Assembly: GCA_031551355.1 (NCBI GenBank)
Contig: JAVBNT010000004.1
Span: 3,067 to 67,066, forward strand
Source of the DNA: Candidatus Xenobia bacterium
GTDB lineage: Bacteria; Vulcanimicrobiota; CADAWZ01
Direction: 5' to 3'
Length of the DNA stretch: 64,000 nt
Shown: positions 1-9,454 of the stretch, one piece after another
Position numbering within the stretch: position 1 is the stretch's first letter
Layout: every line of letters begins with the position of its first letter
Made by a program: the position numbers and the translations under genes
Notes under the pieces: generated by a model
What the model saw: the letters and a program-made list of their open reading frames with translations, nothing else
What the model was told of the DNA's origin: nothing
Database searches by the model: none

Positions 1-1
1 G

Positions 2-223
2 AACTGCAAACGAAGCAACCATAAAAAATTTGGAATCCTTTGCTTCAGGAACTTCCGCCTTCTCCTGCTGCTTCTCAGGCAAGTTCTTTTTCTCCGCGGA
101 AATGCTGCCGGTTGCGATCTTCATTGAAGAAAGCTCATTGTTTACCTTTACAGGGGAAGGCTTTTCCGAAACGCTCCGATCCCTGTGTATTTTTGTTTTA
201 TACCTGTGTTTTAAGTTCTTCAA
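2..223 (-). CDS. Partial ORF (N-terminus only, runs off window start); hypothetical membrane protein downstream of lpxB
   Basis: Minus-strand frame open from TTG at 223 to the edge: MKNLKHRYKTKIHRDRSVSEKP...KDSKFFMVASFAV, a charged region followed by the start of a hydrophobic helix. It begins 27 bp after the lpxB stop. Confidence 0.5.
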   Translation of the reverse strand, partial: MKNLKHRYKTKIHRDRSVSEKPSPVKVNNELSSMKIATGSISAEKKNLPEKQQEKAEVPEAKDSKFFMVASFAV

Positions 224-250
224 AATATCAACTCTTTTCTAAAATAAAAA

Positions 251-1393
251 TCAAATATTATTGTCCAGAATATCACAAATAAGTGAAGATACTGACTTTA
301 TAACCCCGCTTTCACCGAGAGAGCGCCTGACATCCTGCAAATCAGCAATCATTCTTGTCCTCTTATCAGTATCATCCGTAATCTCAAAAAGCTCTTTTGC
401 AAGCCTTTCGGGATTTACCTCTGTCTGAAGAAGTTCCGGGACTATTTTCTTTTGAACTACCAAATTAGGCAAGGCAAAAAACGGAACATTGATAAACATC
501 TTGCCGATAATCCAATCCGGCCAGGCAAGTTTATAAACAACCACCATAGGGACTCCCGCAATGGAAGCTTCCAGCGTAGCGCTTCCTGAAGCCATAACCG
601 CCGCCCTTGAATACTTAAGAACTTCATAAGCTCCGCCATCGACAAGAGAAAAAGATATTCCCGGATCGGATTTAAGATATTTGGAAATACGCTGCTTTAC
701 ATGCGGGAATGCCACCGGTATTAAAAAATGAAGGTTATTTCTCTGTGAAGCCATGAGCTTCATTGTTCCGACAAAAGCAGGCATAAGAGAGTCGATCTCC
801 TGCAGGCGGCTGCCGGGCAGGAATGCAATATTAATCTTGTCCGGCGGAAAACAGTCTTTCCGTGAACCGGAACATGCCAATTTCTCCGCAACAATATCAA
901 CCAGGGGGTGACCGAAGTAATAAAAAGGTAGACCGGCCTTAGTATAAGTTCTGGTATTATATTCAAACACCGGGACTATGTAATCGGCAACCTGAGAAAT
1001 TTTACAAACTCTCTCCGTGCATGCGTACCAGGCGGAAGGCGGAAAATAGTAAAGTGTCTTAAACCCGTTTTCTCTTGCAAAACGGCCCATGCGCATATTC
1101 GCCGCCGGAGAATCTATTAAAATGGTCAAGTCCGGCTTAAAACTAATTAATTCCCTCTTAACCTGATTAAACATTTTAATCATCAACGGCATCTTGGGAA
1201 TTGCATTCCAAGGGCCGATAACTCCTATGGAAGAAGTATCCTGAAAAATATTAACCCCTTCTTCACGCATCCGGCATCCGCCGACTCCTGAAAAAACAAC
1301 GTCAGTCTTATTTTTTTTTATCTCACGGACAAGAAAAGCACCCTGAAGATCGGCAGAAGCTTCCCCTGCCAAAATAAAAACTTTTTTAGGCAT
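251..1393 (-). CDS. lpxB: Lipid-A-disaccharide synthase
   Basis: ILAGEASAD N-terminus, YYFPPSAW, FGHPL, LPGSR..EI, ASGSATLE, LPNL..VPELLQ motifs; lpx cluster context. Confidence 0.96.
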   Translation of the reverse strand: MPKKVFILAGEASADLQGAFLVREIKKNKTDVVFSGVGGCRMREEGVNIFQDTSSIGVIGPWNAIPKMPLMIKMFNQVKRELISFKPDLTILIDSPAANMRMGRFARENGFKTLYYFPPSAWYACTERVCKISQVADYIVPVFEYNTRTYTKAGLPFYYFGHPLVDIVAEKLACSGSRKDCFPPDKINIAFLPGSRLQEIDSLMPAFVGTMKLMASQRNNLHFLIPVAFPHVKQRISKYLKSDPGISFSLVDGGAYEVLKYSRAAVMASGSATLEASIAGVPMVVVYKLAWPDWIIGKMFINVPFFALPNLVVQKKIVPELLQTEVNPERLAKELFEITDDTDKRTRMIADLQDVRRSLGESGVIKSVSSLICDILDNNI

Positions 1394-1443
1394 ATAAGCA
1401 ACCTTTTACAAAACCATAATAGGCCGACACAGCCGTAAGAAAC

Positions 1444-2250
1444 CTAGATAGAAACGCTGTCTTCCTTTTCGACCCTTCCCGTTCTAAAGGATATGCCTCT
1501 TGAAGAAGGTGCCTGAATAAATTCTATAAGGTGATTAAGTTCTTCACTGGGAGTGAGCGTCGATAAAATCTCTTCAATTGCCGCTGTCCGCGATTTCCTG
1601 CTTAAAATGTTATAAGCTCTTTTTAACATTATTCTGACTTCGGAATTAATCCCGTTACGCCTTAAGCCAATTACATTCAATCCGTAAAATCTTGCCGGAG
1701 AACTCGTAACCATACTGAACGGGGGAACATCCTTGACTATCCTCGCACATCCCCCGACCATCGCCAGACGGCCTATTCTTACAAATTGATGAACACCGGA
1801 CATACCGCCGACAACAGCCTTGTCTTCTATCTGAATATGCCCCGCAAATGAAGTTGCATTCGAAACCAGTATATTTGAACCGAGAAGACAATTATGTCCG
1901 ACATGCACGTAAGCCATAATAAAATTGTTGTCGCCCAGAATCGTTGCCTTACCCTCTCCTGTTGCTCTGTGCATCGTAACAAATTCACGTATTACATTGC
2001 CCTTGCCTATTTTAAGATAAGACTCTTCACCTTTAAACTTCAAATCCTGAGGCTCTTTCCCAAGAACGGCGCCATGGAATATTTTGCAGTCAGCTCCAAT
2101 CTCGGTAAAACCGTCAATACGAACATGGGCGTCTATAACCGTTCCGGGGCCAATTTTCACGTTAGGACCTATGATACTGTAAGGTCCGACACTGACATTT
2201 TCCGCTAAAAGCGCCCCTTTTTCAATGATCGCAGTCGGGTGAACAAACAT
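1444..2250 (-). CDS. lpxA: Acyl-ACP--UDP-N-acetylglucosamine O-acyltransferase
   Basis: VHPTAII start, hexapeptide repeats, PQDLKFKGE, IREFVTMHRAT, HVGHNC, VHQFVRIG, KDVPPF, GLNVIGLRR. Confidence 0.97.
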   Translation of the reverse strand: MFVHPTAIIEKGALLAENVSVGPYSIIGPNVKIGPGTVIDAHVRIDGFTEIGADCKIFHGAVLGKEPQDLKFKGEESYLKIGKGNVIREFVTMHRATGEGKATILGDNNFIMAYVHVGHNCLLGSNILVSNATSFAGHIQIEDKAVVGGMSGVHQFVRIGRLAMVGGCARIVKDVPPFSMVTSSPARFYGLNVIGLRRNGINSEVRIMLKRAYNILSRKSRTAAIEEILSTLTPSEELNHLIEFIQAPSSRGISFRTGRVEKEDSVSI

Positions 2251-2265
2251 CTAAAACCCCCTAAC

Positions 2266-3246
2266 TTAGCCCATATCGGCTATTTCCAAAAACTTCTTAG
2301 CAATGGCACTGTCTGCCATACTGACTATTTTCATATTATCAACGGCTCTTATCGCCAACTGAAGGGCATTTTTGCCGTCTTCGCCCGTAACCATAGGCGT
2401 CTTATGGGCTACAATACAATCCATAAAATGCTCCAGCTCTAGCAGCAAAGGCTCACTCCTCCTTATCGGAACAAACTCAGGAGGATTAGTATGCCCGGCC
2501 TGAGGGAGCTTTACTACAGACAAAGTCTGATTCATAAAATCAAGCTGACAGGTCTTATCAGCCTCTATAACCTTAAGCTGGCGCAGTCTTTCACCGCTGA
2601 TACGGCTGGCAAACAGGCTGGCAATGGCACCGTTTTGAAACAAAATCTGTACAAGAGCCATATCTTCCTGTGCGGAATACAGCGAAAGTCCGTAAGCACT
2701 CACCTCTTCAACAGGACTTTTTACCATGTTTAAAAGTATATCAAAATCATGAATCATTAAATCCCATATAACGCCGACATCTAAATTTCTTGAACTTGGA
2801 TAGCCGATACGGTGTGACTCCGTGTATATAGGATTGGATACTATCTTTTTCAGTTGGGCAACAGCAGGATTAAATCTCTCCAAGTGACCCACCTGAAGAA
2901 TCAGATCATTTGCCTTGGCAAGATCAACGATCTCTTTTGCCTCTTTCAGACTGTGTGTTATAGGCTTTTCAACCAAAACATGAATTCCGTTATTTAAAAA
3001 GTCCATAGCCATTCTGTGATGCAGGCTGGTAGGAACAGCTACATTTACAGCCTGAACCCTGTCAAACAGTTCCCTGTAATCCTTAAAATACTGGGTATTA
3101 AACTGCTTTGCATAATCCAGGCCTCGTTCCTCATCAAGATCGGAAATACCAACAAGCGTAACATTCGGCATTTCCGAATAAACACGTGCATGGTTTTTTC
3201 CCATACTCCCCACACCTATAACAGCTACAGGAACAGGCGCACTCAT
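2266..3246 (-). CDS. Gfo/Idh/MocA family oxidoreductase (GnnA-like UDP-GlcNAc 3-dehydrogenase candidate)
   Basis: GVGSMGKNHAR Rossmann motif, HVLVEKPI, QVGHLERFNP, DLMIHD; ends 15 bp before the lpxA start. Confidence 0.85.
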   Translation of the reverse strand: MSAPVPVAVIGVGSMGKNHARVYSEMPNVTLVGISDLDEERGLDYAKQFNTQYFKDYRELFDRVQAVNVAVPTSLHHRMAMDFLNNGIHVLVEKPITHSLKEAKEIVDLAKANDLILQVGHLERFNPAVAQLKKIVSNPIYTESHRIGYPSSRNLDVGVIWDLMIHDFDILLNMVKSPVEEVSAYGLSLYSAQEDMALVQILFQNGAIASLFASRISGERLRQLKVIEADKTCQLDFMNQTLSVVKLPQAGHTNPPEFVPIRRSEPLLLELEHFMDCIVAHKTPMVTGEDGKNALQLAIRAVDNMKIVSMADSAIAKKFLEIADMG

Positions 3247-3403
3247 TAACTTTTTTTCCTTTCAGGGTAATTCCAAACCAAAATTAATTAAAAATATCCG
3301 CTAAAAGAGCAGCCATCAAGCAAAAATCACAGGTCCCAAATTATAAAATAAAGCCCGATAAAATGACTGCTATTCAACATCGGCGGCAAAAAATCCTTCG
3401 AGT

Positions 3404-3838
3404 TTACTCTTCAGTCTGACGCTTGACCATAGCACACATCATTTCACCTTCAGCAGCTAAAACACCGTCTACAGTCGCCCTGGCAGACATTTTGCCGACA
3501 TTGCGTTTTACATTGGTAATCTCAACTTCAATACGCAACTGATCTCCCGGAACAACCGGTCGCTTAAACCTCAGTTTATCCAAAGCCGCAAGATAAGGAG
3601 TACAGTCTGAAAATTCTTCCTGGTTCATAATCAAAACCGCTCCCAACTGAGCCATCGCCTCAGTTATCAGAACCCCCGGCATAACCGGATGTCCGGGAAA
3701 ATGCCCCTGAAAAAAAGGCTCATTTACCGTAACGTTTTTCAATCCGACCGCTTTGAAGCCCTCCATCTCAACAACCCTGTCTATCAGTAAAAAAGGATAT
3801 CTGTGGGGAATAATAGACTGAATCTGACCTATATTCAT
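3404..3838 (-). CDS. fabZ: 3-hydroxyacyl-ACP dehydratase
   Basis: IPHRYPFLLIDRV, KNVTVNEPFFQGHFP, PGVLITEAMAQ, RFKRPVVPGD. Confidence 0.98.
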   Translation of the reverse strand: MNIGQIQSIIPHRYPFLLIDRVVEMEGFKAVGLKNVTVNEPFFQGHFPGHPVMPGVLITEAMAQLGAVLIMNQEEFSDCTPYLAALDKLRFKRPVVPGDQLRIEVEITNVKRNVGKMSARATVDGVLAAEGEMMCAMVKRQTEE

Positions 3839-4668
3839 TAGTTAAAACCTCCCATTTGTTCAAGCTTTAATGCAAAATCAACATTAAGAGCATGACCTGA
3901 TTTTATAGCTATAATATGTGCAAAAACAAGCAAACCCGAAAGAGAAATATCTCCAATAAGATCAAGACACTTATGATGAACCGGCTCATTCTCCAAACGC
4001 AGCGGAGTTGAAAATCCATCCGGCATTATCACAAGAGCGTTTGAAATATCCCCGCCTCTGGCAAGATTTCTGTCAAGAAGCGCCTGAACCTCATGCAAAA
4101 AACCAAACGTCCTTGCCGGCGCAATTTTTTCACAATAGGAATCTTTCAGCAAATCAAAATCACAAATCTGAGTACCAATCATCGGATGATCATAATCAAG
4201 CATAACAGTGAATCTTCTGTCCTGTGAAGGCAAAGCAATAATAATGCTGCCGTTTTTAACGGAAAAGCACGGCTGCTGCAAACTAAGCACTTTTCTGGGA
4301 GCCGCCTGAGTCTTTAAACCGCATGCGGTCAGGGCATTAAAATATTCAATTGAGCTTCCGTCCATCGCAGGAATCTCTTCGGCATCAACAGTGATCATCA
4401 GATTATCAATACCGATAGAATACAAAGAGGAAAGCAAATGTTCAACCGTAGATATCTTAAAAAAACCGTTGCCTAAAACAGTACATCTCTGAGTATTTAC
4501 AACATTTGAGGCCAACGCCTTCAGAGGCGGAGCATCCGGTAAATCCGCCCTCCTGAAAACAATACCGCTGTCCGGCGGCATAGGTTCAAGCTTAATACAC
4601 GATTCCTTGCCGGTATGAAGTCCTATACCGGTAAACTCCAATGCAGAAGATATCGTTTGCTGGTTCAA
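3838..4668 (-). CDS. lpxC: UDP-3-O-acyl-N-acetylglucosamine deacetylase
   Basis: QQTI..GIGLHTG, TVEHLLS, EIPAMDGS, IAPARTFGF, HKCLDLIGD, SGHALN. The likely start is TTG at 4668, after GAGG and the upstream stop. Confidence 0.96.
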   Translation of the reverse strand: MNQQTISSALEFTGIGLHTGKESCIKLEPMPPDSGIVFRRADLPDAPPLKALASNVVNTQRCTVLGNGFFKISTVEHLLSSLYSIGIDNLMITVDAEEIPAMDGSSIEYFNALTACGLKTQAAPRKVLSLQQPCFSVKNGSIIIALPSQDRRFTVMLDYDHPMIGTQICDFDLLKDSYCEKIAPARTFGFLHEVQALLDRNLARGGDISNALVIMPDGFSTPLRLENEPVHHKCLDLIGDISLSGLLVFAHIIAIKSGHALNVDFALKLEQMGGFN

Positions 4669-4669
4669 A

Positions 4670-6433
4670 TCAAAGACCTCTATCAAAAACAAATTTCACC
4701 GGGTAACAGGAAGAAGCTTCAGGAATCGTTATCATCTGCAGTTCCTTAGTCTCCCCCGGCTCAAGACTAATTCGCTTTAGCTCAAAAAACTCTTCTTTTC
4801 TTACAACAGGAGTCTCACAAAGTTCACCATTCATAAAAATAGTCCCCTGGGAAGTGCCGTTCAGCGGCACAAACGATATCTTGACCGAATCTCTGGAATT
4901 AGTATCGTTCTTTAATTTTACATTCAGTTTATAAATAACGCCATAGTTACCGGTATTAGGCTCCCCCGTCTCCGAGTCTATAACCCATGGCCATTTTCCG
5001 ACTTCTATCTCCTCTACTACTCCCGACGACAGTTTATAAGAACGATCGAACACGATCTCTGCCTGCGGGAAAACACCATGGGGATGAATCTTAAACGGAT
5101 CAAAAGGTTCATTTATATCAGGGAGTATTTCCACACGTCTCGGAAGAGTATGATTTTGAACTCTAACTTCCGCCTCTGTGCCCTCAAGCACCTGAAAGTC
5201 ACAAAATCCTGATAAAAGAAAATTCTTCGGTATATCGGTATTCTCAACCTCCGCCAATGCGCCCGGGGCTAAATCCAAAATAAATCCCGACTTGGATGAA
5301 TAAAGAGATATATATCTTACGGCAGCCTTATGTCCGGCATACATCTCAAATTTATCAGGTCCGGCCGACGCCTTGCGGAACAAAAGGCGCATATTCTGCC
5401 TTCCTTTGTTTTTGACGGTAATCATCAATTTACGTCTGTCCGGAGAACCGTTCTTATGAGAATACAGCATACGGGCCGATTCATCTTTGGCAATTACGTC
5501 CTTAAATAAAACCCCGTCATCCTTCACTGTCTCAGGCCGGTTGGAAACCCAAAGTTCCTTGGCTGGAATCCAGGGAACATTACTGTTGACAATAGTAACC
5601 CTGACAGTTCCTTCCGCACGGTAATAATTTTCACCGTCAATAACAACAGGAACTGAGACCGTCATTTTTTCACCGGGACGCAGATCTTTAGGGATAACCG
5701 GAGGCTCCTTTATATACAATTCGGCACCCTTATTAATCGTAACGGCATCCCAGACCCGCATCATCACAGCCGACTGTATTAATTCCTGAGCAGCCGGATT
5801 TCCGGTAACCGTTTGCTCGATGGAAGGAGAAATAACTCCGGCGCGCTCTTTGGCAAAAACCTTAACAATACACCTGGCAGTGCCTCTCTGGATTATTACT
5901 GAAAAATCTCCTGTAGACAGAGGTGAAAAAGAAATAGAATTGTCTTCTTCGGAAACCGAGACCCGCAATCTTGAAGAGTCATACTTTAGTTTAAGAGCTC
6001 CCGAAGAGCCAACAGAAATAGTTTCCTCTTCACCAACAGCAATATTAAGGAGACGCTTAGAAACCTTAAGTGTATCCTCACCCACCACAGCAAGAATATT
6101 TTTCAGCCATAAAGTAGCCAGTGCCTTTGATTCCGAATTTTGTTTTAAAGCCTGTTTTTTCGTAACAACAATAATAAGAGTATCCTTCCAGTATATAGCC
6201 GTCCCCTCAGGAACATCTTTAAGAGTCAGGTCTTTGCCGGACGCACCGCCGTCAATTTTAGCATTGATTTTATCCGAAGCGGCTTTTGCCGTAAGGTCTC
6301 CCGATTCGTCATCCGTATCATAAATCCGCATAACGACATTGCCGTCAATCAAAACCGAAGCCGGTTCCTGTGCATGAATCCCTACAGAAGAAAAAATCAA
6401 AACCCAAAAAAACAAAAAAAACTTTTTTAACAT
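4670..6433 (-). CDS. Secreted hypothetical protein with C-terminal DUF3370-like domain
   Basis: Signal peptide MLKKFFLFFWVLIFSSVGIHA; SNRPETV, RMLYSHKN and GNYGVIYKL motifs, which are shared with 46923..48230. Confidence 0.7.
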   Translation of the reverse strand: MLKKFFLFFWVLIFSSVGIHAQEPASVLIDGNVVMRIYDTDDESGDLTAKAASDKINAKIDGGASGKDLTLKDVPEGTAIYWKDTLIIVVTKKQALKQNSESKALATLWLKNILAVVGEDTLKVSKRLLNIAVGEEETISVGSSGALKLKYDSSRLRVSVSEEDNSISFSPLSTGDFSVIIQRGTARCIVKVFAKERAGVISPSIEQTVTGNPAAQELIQSAVMMRVWDAVTINKGAELYIKEPPVIPKDLRPGEKMTVSVPVVIDGENYYRAEGTVRVTIVNSNVPWIPAKELWVSNRPETVKDDGVLFKDVIAKDESARMLYSHKNGSPDRRKLMITVKNKGRQNMRLLFRKASAGPDKFEMYAGHKAAVRYISLYSSKSGFILDLAPGALAEVENTDIPKNFLLSGFCDFQVLEGTEAEVRVQNHTLPRRVEILPDINEPFDPFKIHPHGVFPQAEIVFDRSYKLSSGVVEEIEVGKWPWVIDSETGEPNTGNYGVIYKLNVKLKNDTNSRDSVKISFVPLNGTSQGTIFMNGELCETPVVRKEEFFELKRISLEPGETKELQMITIPEASSCYPVKFVFDRGL

Positions 6434-6474
6434 TTCCCAACATCCTAACAAAATATTTAAAACATCTATCAAAT

Positions 6475-6510
6475 ATTTAAACTATACGGACTTGTCCGTA
6501 TAGTTTAAAT
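6475..6510. repeat. Perfect 17-2-17 inverted repeat inside the OM/lpx operon
   Basis: ATTTAAACTATACGGAC-TT-GTCCGTATAGTTTAAAT. Confidence 0.85.
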
Positions 6511-6534
6511 GTAGTGAACAGAGAAAGATATTGA

Positions 6535-7554
6535 CTAGTATGCAGATTCCAAAATTGCTATCTTCTCAGACAGATTCTCTACACGCACTGCAAGTTCCGG
6601 AAGCCTCGCTATCGCAGCTTCTATCCGAAGTTCTTCACGGTGATCTCTTGCCGGATAACCGGAAACAATCGCTCCGCTTTTCACCGGTTTCGTAACACCG
6701 GCCCTTCCTCCTATAACACTGTCCGAACCTATTTCTGTATGATCCCTTATCCCGGCCTGAGCAGCAACCACAACCCTGTCACCGATTTTTGTACTGCCGG
6801 CAATGCCTGACTGTGATACGATAGTACAATCTCTGCCGACCGAAGTATTATGACCTATTTGCACCAGATTATCTATTTTTGTACCGCAGCCGATTACCGT
6901 TTTTCCTGTTGTGGCGCGATCTATTGTCGTATTAGCACCTATTTCCACATCGTCACCGATAAAAACAATCCCAACCTGGGGTATTTTTATCTGTCTGGCA
7001 CCGTCCCTGACAAAGCCGAACCCATCCGCACCGATGACTGCTCCCGGATGAATCAAAACCCTGTCACCGATAACACATTCGCGCATAATGGAAACTCTAT
7101 GGCGGAGAATCGAATCCGTTCCGATCCTGGCGCCGTCGCCGATAAAACAATGGGCCGAAATCTCACTGCCGCTGCCAATAACGGCATTATCCTCCAATAC
7201 CGCAAACGGACCGATGGTAACATTGTCACCAATAGATACGTTTGAACCGATGACTGCCGTCGGGTGTATTCCTGCCGGTTTAGACGGCCTTTTGTGGAAA
7301 ACAGCCAACAAAAGAGCAAACGCAAGCCGCGGATTTTTAACTCTGACAACCGGTTTCTGTTCAAAAGCTTTTGCCTGCGCAGGTATAATTACAGCGCAAG
7401 CCCTGGAAGACAGGACTGACTGCCTGTACTTATCACTCTCCATAAAAGTAAGGAAATCATCGGCGGCCTCATCGGCTCCGGAAATACCCGTCACATCAAT
7501 ATCGGAACCCTCAAGCGTTCCGCCAAGGAAATCTGCTATTTCACTTAACTTCAT
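6535..7554 (-). CDS. lpxD: UDP-3-O-(3-hydroxyacyl)glucosamine N-acyltransferase
   Basis: KNPRLAFA, GIHPTAVI, IGADGFGF, KIPQVG, EIGANTTIDRA, TKIDNLVQIGHN, SGYPA. Confidence 0.97.
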   Translation of the reverse strand: MKLSEIADFLGGTLEGSDIDVTGISGADEAADDFLTFMESDKYRQSVLSSRACAVIIPAQAKAFEQKPVVRVKNPRLAFALLLAVFHKRPSKPAGIHPTAVIGSNVSIGDNVTIGPFAVLEDNAVIGSGSEISAHCFIGDGARIGTDSILRHRVSIMRECVIGDRVLIHPGAVIGADGFGFVRDGARQIKIPQVGIVFIGDDVEIGANTTIDRATTGKTVIGCGTKIDNLVQIGHNTSVGRDCTIVSQSGIAGSTKIGDRVVVAAQAGIRDHTEIGSDSVIGGRAGVTKPVKSGAIVSGYPARDHREELRIEAAIARLPELAVRVENLSEKIAILESAY

Positions 7555-7601
7555 AAAATAATACCAGCTCCATATTTTTATACTTTAAATCAAAGATAAA
7601 T

Positions 7602-8054
7602 TTAAGATCCGGACTTCGTCTCTGAAGACCTTAGCCTGTTTAAAACGTCAACAGTAATGTCCCTGCCGCCATATTCTATTACCGGGGAGGATGAAGAGTT
7701 GTCGACTACTATTGTTATATGATTCTCTTTTGCAACATATGCCGATGCTTCTCTTATTTTGTCAACGATCACTTCCTTCTCCGCATTCCATTTTACATCG
7801 AATTCTCTTATACGGGCAGTGTCTTCCTGTGAAGGCTCTTTCTTATTTTTCATTGCAGCGGCAATTTCCTGACGCTCTTTGATGTATTTATTGCCAAAGT
7901 CTTTATATGTGTCCCATTTTACAAAAAGCTGATCAGTATCAATATAACCAACAGTCAACGTCTGCGGCGGTGCCGGCGGCGTCTTTTCCTGCTGACAACC
8001 GCTGCACACAAAAATAGTAAACGATGCAAATATTACTGCAAATATTTTTTTCAA
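7602..8054 (-). CDS. OmpH/Skp-like lipoprotein (short)
   Basis: Lipobox-like CSGC; VGYIDTDQL and YGGRDITVDVL OmpH termini. Confidence 0.8.
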   Translation of the reverse strand: MKKIFAVIFASFTIFVCSGCQQEKTPPAPPQTLTVGYIDTDQLFVKWDTYKDFGNKYIKERQEIAAAMKNKKEPSQEDTARIREFDVKWNAEKEVIVDKIREASAYVAKENHITIVVDNSSSSPVIEYGGRDITVDVLNRLRSSETKSGS

Positions 8055-8096
8055 AACAAACCTCCTTAAACAGGTCCTTAAATTCTCTTAAACATA

Positions 8097-9431
8097 TTAG
8101 TCGCGAACAGGTTCCGAAGCCGAACTATTAGCAGCCTTTACAGCTTTTATCGCCTGTTCCGTAAGATCTGTTGCTTTAACATTAGCAATATAACTCAGAA
8201 ATATTGCCGTATATCCATCGGTATCGGCCATTTTGGCAACCTCCGATTTCAGATCGTCGGCCATCGCATTGTATAGCTTTTCTCTCTGCTGAGCAACAGC
8301 ATCAAACTCAGTTTTCAGCTTGTTAAGTCTCTCCATATCAGAACGCGCAAGCTGCTCTCTTGATTGTTCCATCTCCTTCATCATCCCAGCCTGCAACTCT
8401 TTCAGGCGTTTCTGGAGCTCTGCCTGTTTATTCTCAAGCATCCTCTGTGAAGAAGCCGTAGCACCGCTTAACTGAGCTTCCAATGCTCTTTGCTTCTGAG
8501 CAAATTCACCAGCTATCTGACGGCTCTTTTTCTCCAGTTCCGATTGATTCGGAGCCGAAGCCTGGTTTGAACCGGACGGATTAAATCCTATCTGCCTTTT
8601 AATGTCTTTATCTATTTTATCCTTATAGGCCGCAACCTCTTTCTCAATATCGGCAAGTTCTTTTGCGCCCGTCTGCTCTATCTGATTGCCTATTTCCTGC
8701 TTCTTTCTGTCTTTCAATGCAGATTCTTCCTCCGTTATGGCGGAAAGCTCTTCAGTAAGAGCTTTCTTCTCTTCTTCCGGCGGATCCAACTGAAGCTTTA
8801 ACTGGATGTTCAGACGCTGTTGCTGATTTTCTTTTGATATCTGACGCTCATATGCGGCGAGCTCGTTCTCAAGCTTTGTCCGCATTACATCCATGCGCTC
8901 CTTGGCGGTCTTCTGAAGCTCAAGCCGTTTGGCCGTAACCTGCCGGTCACGCAAAACGATAAGATCATTCGTAAGCGATTTTGCTTTTTCCGGAGAAGAA
9001 GGCCTTGCAGCCGGCTCTCCCGACGCCGCCAGTTTTTTCATTTTCATACGGGCACTGCTGGCCTCTTTTTCCAACTGAGAGGCAATCTCTCTTTTATGTC
9101 TTTCCAGAGAAGCCTGCACTTCAAGCAACTGGGCTTTAAGCTCTTTTTCCGCCTGAGCCTGAGCCTGCTTCATTCTCTCTGCCTGCTTCATTCCCAACTC
9201 ATTCAGAGAAGGATTTGCCTGAGCCATTCTGGCCTGCAGATCGGCAAGTTTCTTATCTAAAACCTCAAGACGTTTCCAGTCACGGTGCTCCTTAAGAACT
9301 TTGGCCGGATCTATAACGCCTATTTTCATCGGCTTAGGCTCTGACTTAGGCTCTGACTTTGTGCAACCCGATAAATACAGGCATAAAAGCGAAGAAAAAA
9401 CGAAAAATATAACTTTGATTTTCAATTTCAT
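8097..9431 (-). CDS. OmpH/Skp-like lipoprotein with very long coiled-coil insert
   Basis: Lipobox LSGC; IGVIDPAKVL start and ATDLTEQAI end flanking a long E/K/Q/L/A-rich helical region. Confidence 0.7.
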   Translation of the reverse strand: MKLKIKVIFFVFSSLLCLYLSGCTKSEPKSEPKPMKIGVIDPAKVLKEHRDWKRLEVLDKKLADLQARMAQANPSLNELGMKQAERMKQAQAQAEKELKAQLLEVQASLERHKREIASQLEKEASSARMKMKKLAASGEPAARPSSPEKAKSLTNDLIVLRDRQVTAKRLELQKTAKERMDVMRTKLENELAAYERQISKENQQQRLNIQLKLQLDPPEEEKKALTEELSAITEEESALKDRKKQEIGNQIEQTGAKELADIEKEVAAYKDKIDKDIKRQIGFNPSGSNQASAPNQSELEKKSRQIAGEFAQKQRALEAQLSGATASSQRMLENKQAELQKRLKELQAGMMKEMEQSREQLARSDMERLNKLKTEFDAVAQQREKLYNAMADDLKSEVAKMADTDGYTAIFLSYIANVKATDLTEQAIKAVKAANSSASEPVRD

Positions 9432-9454
9432 AAAATAAATCTCTTATCCTCGGG

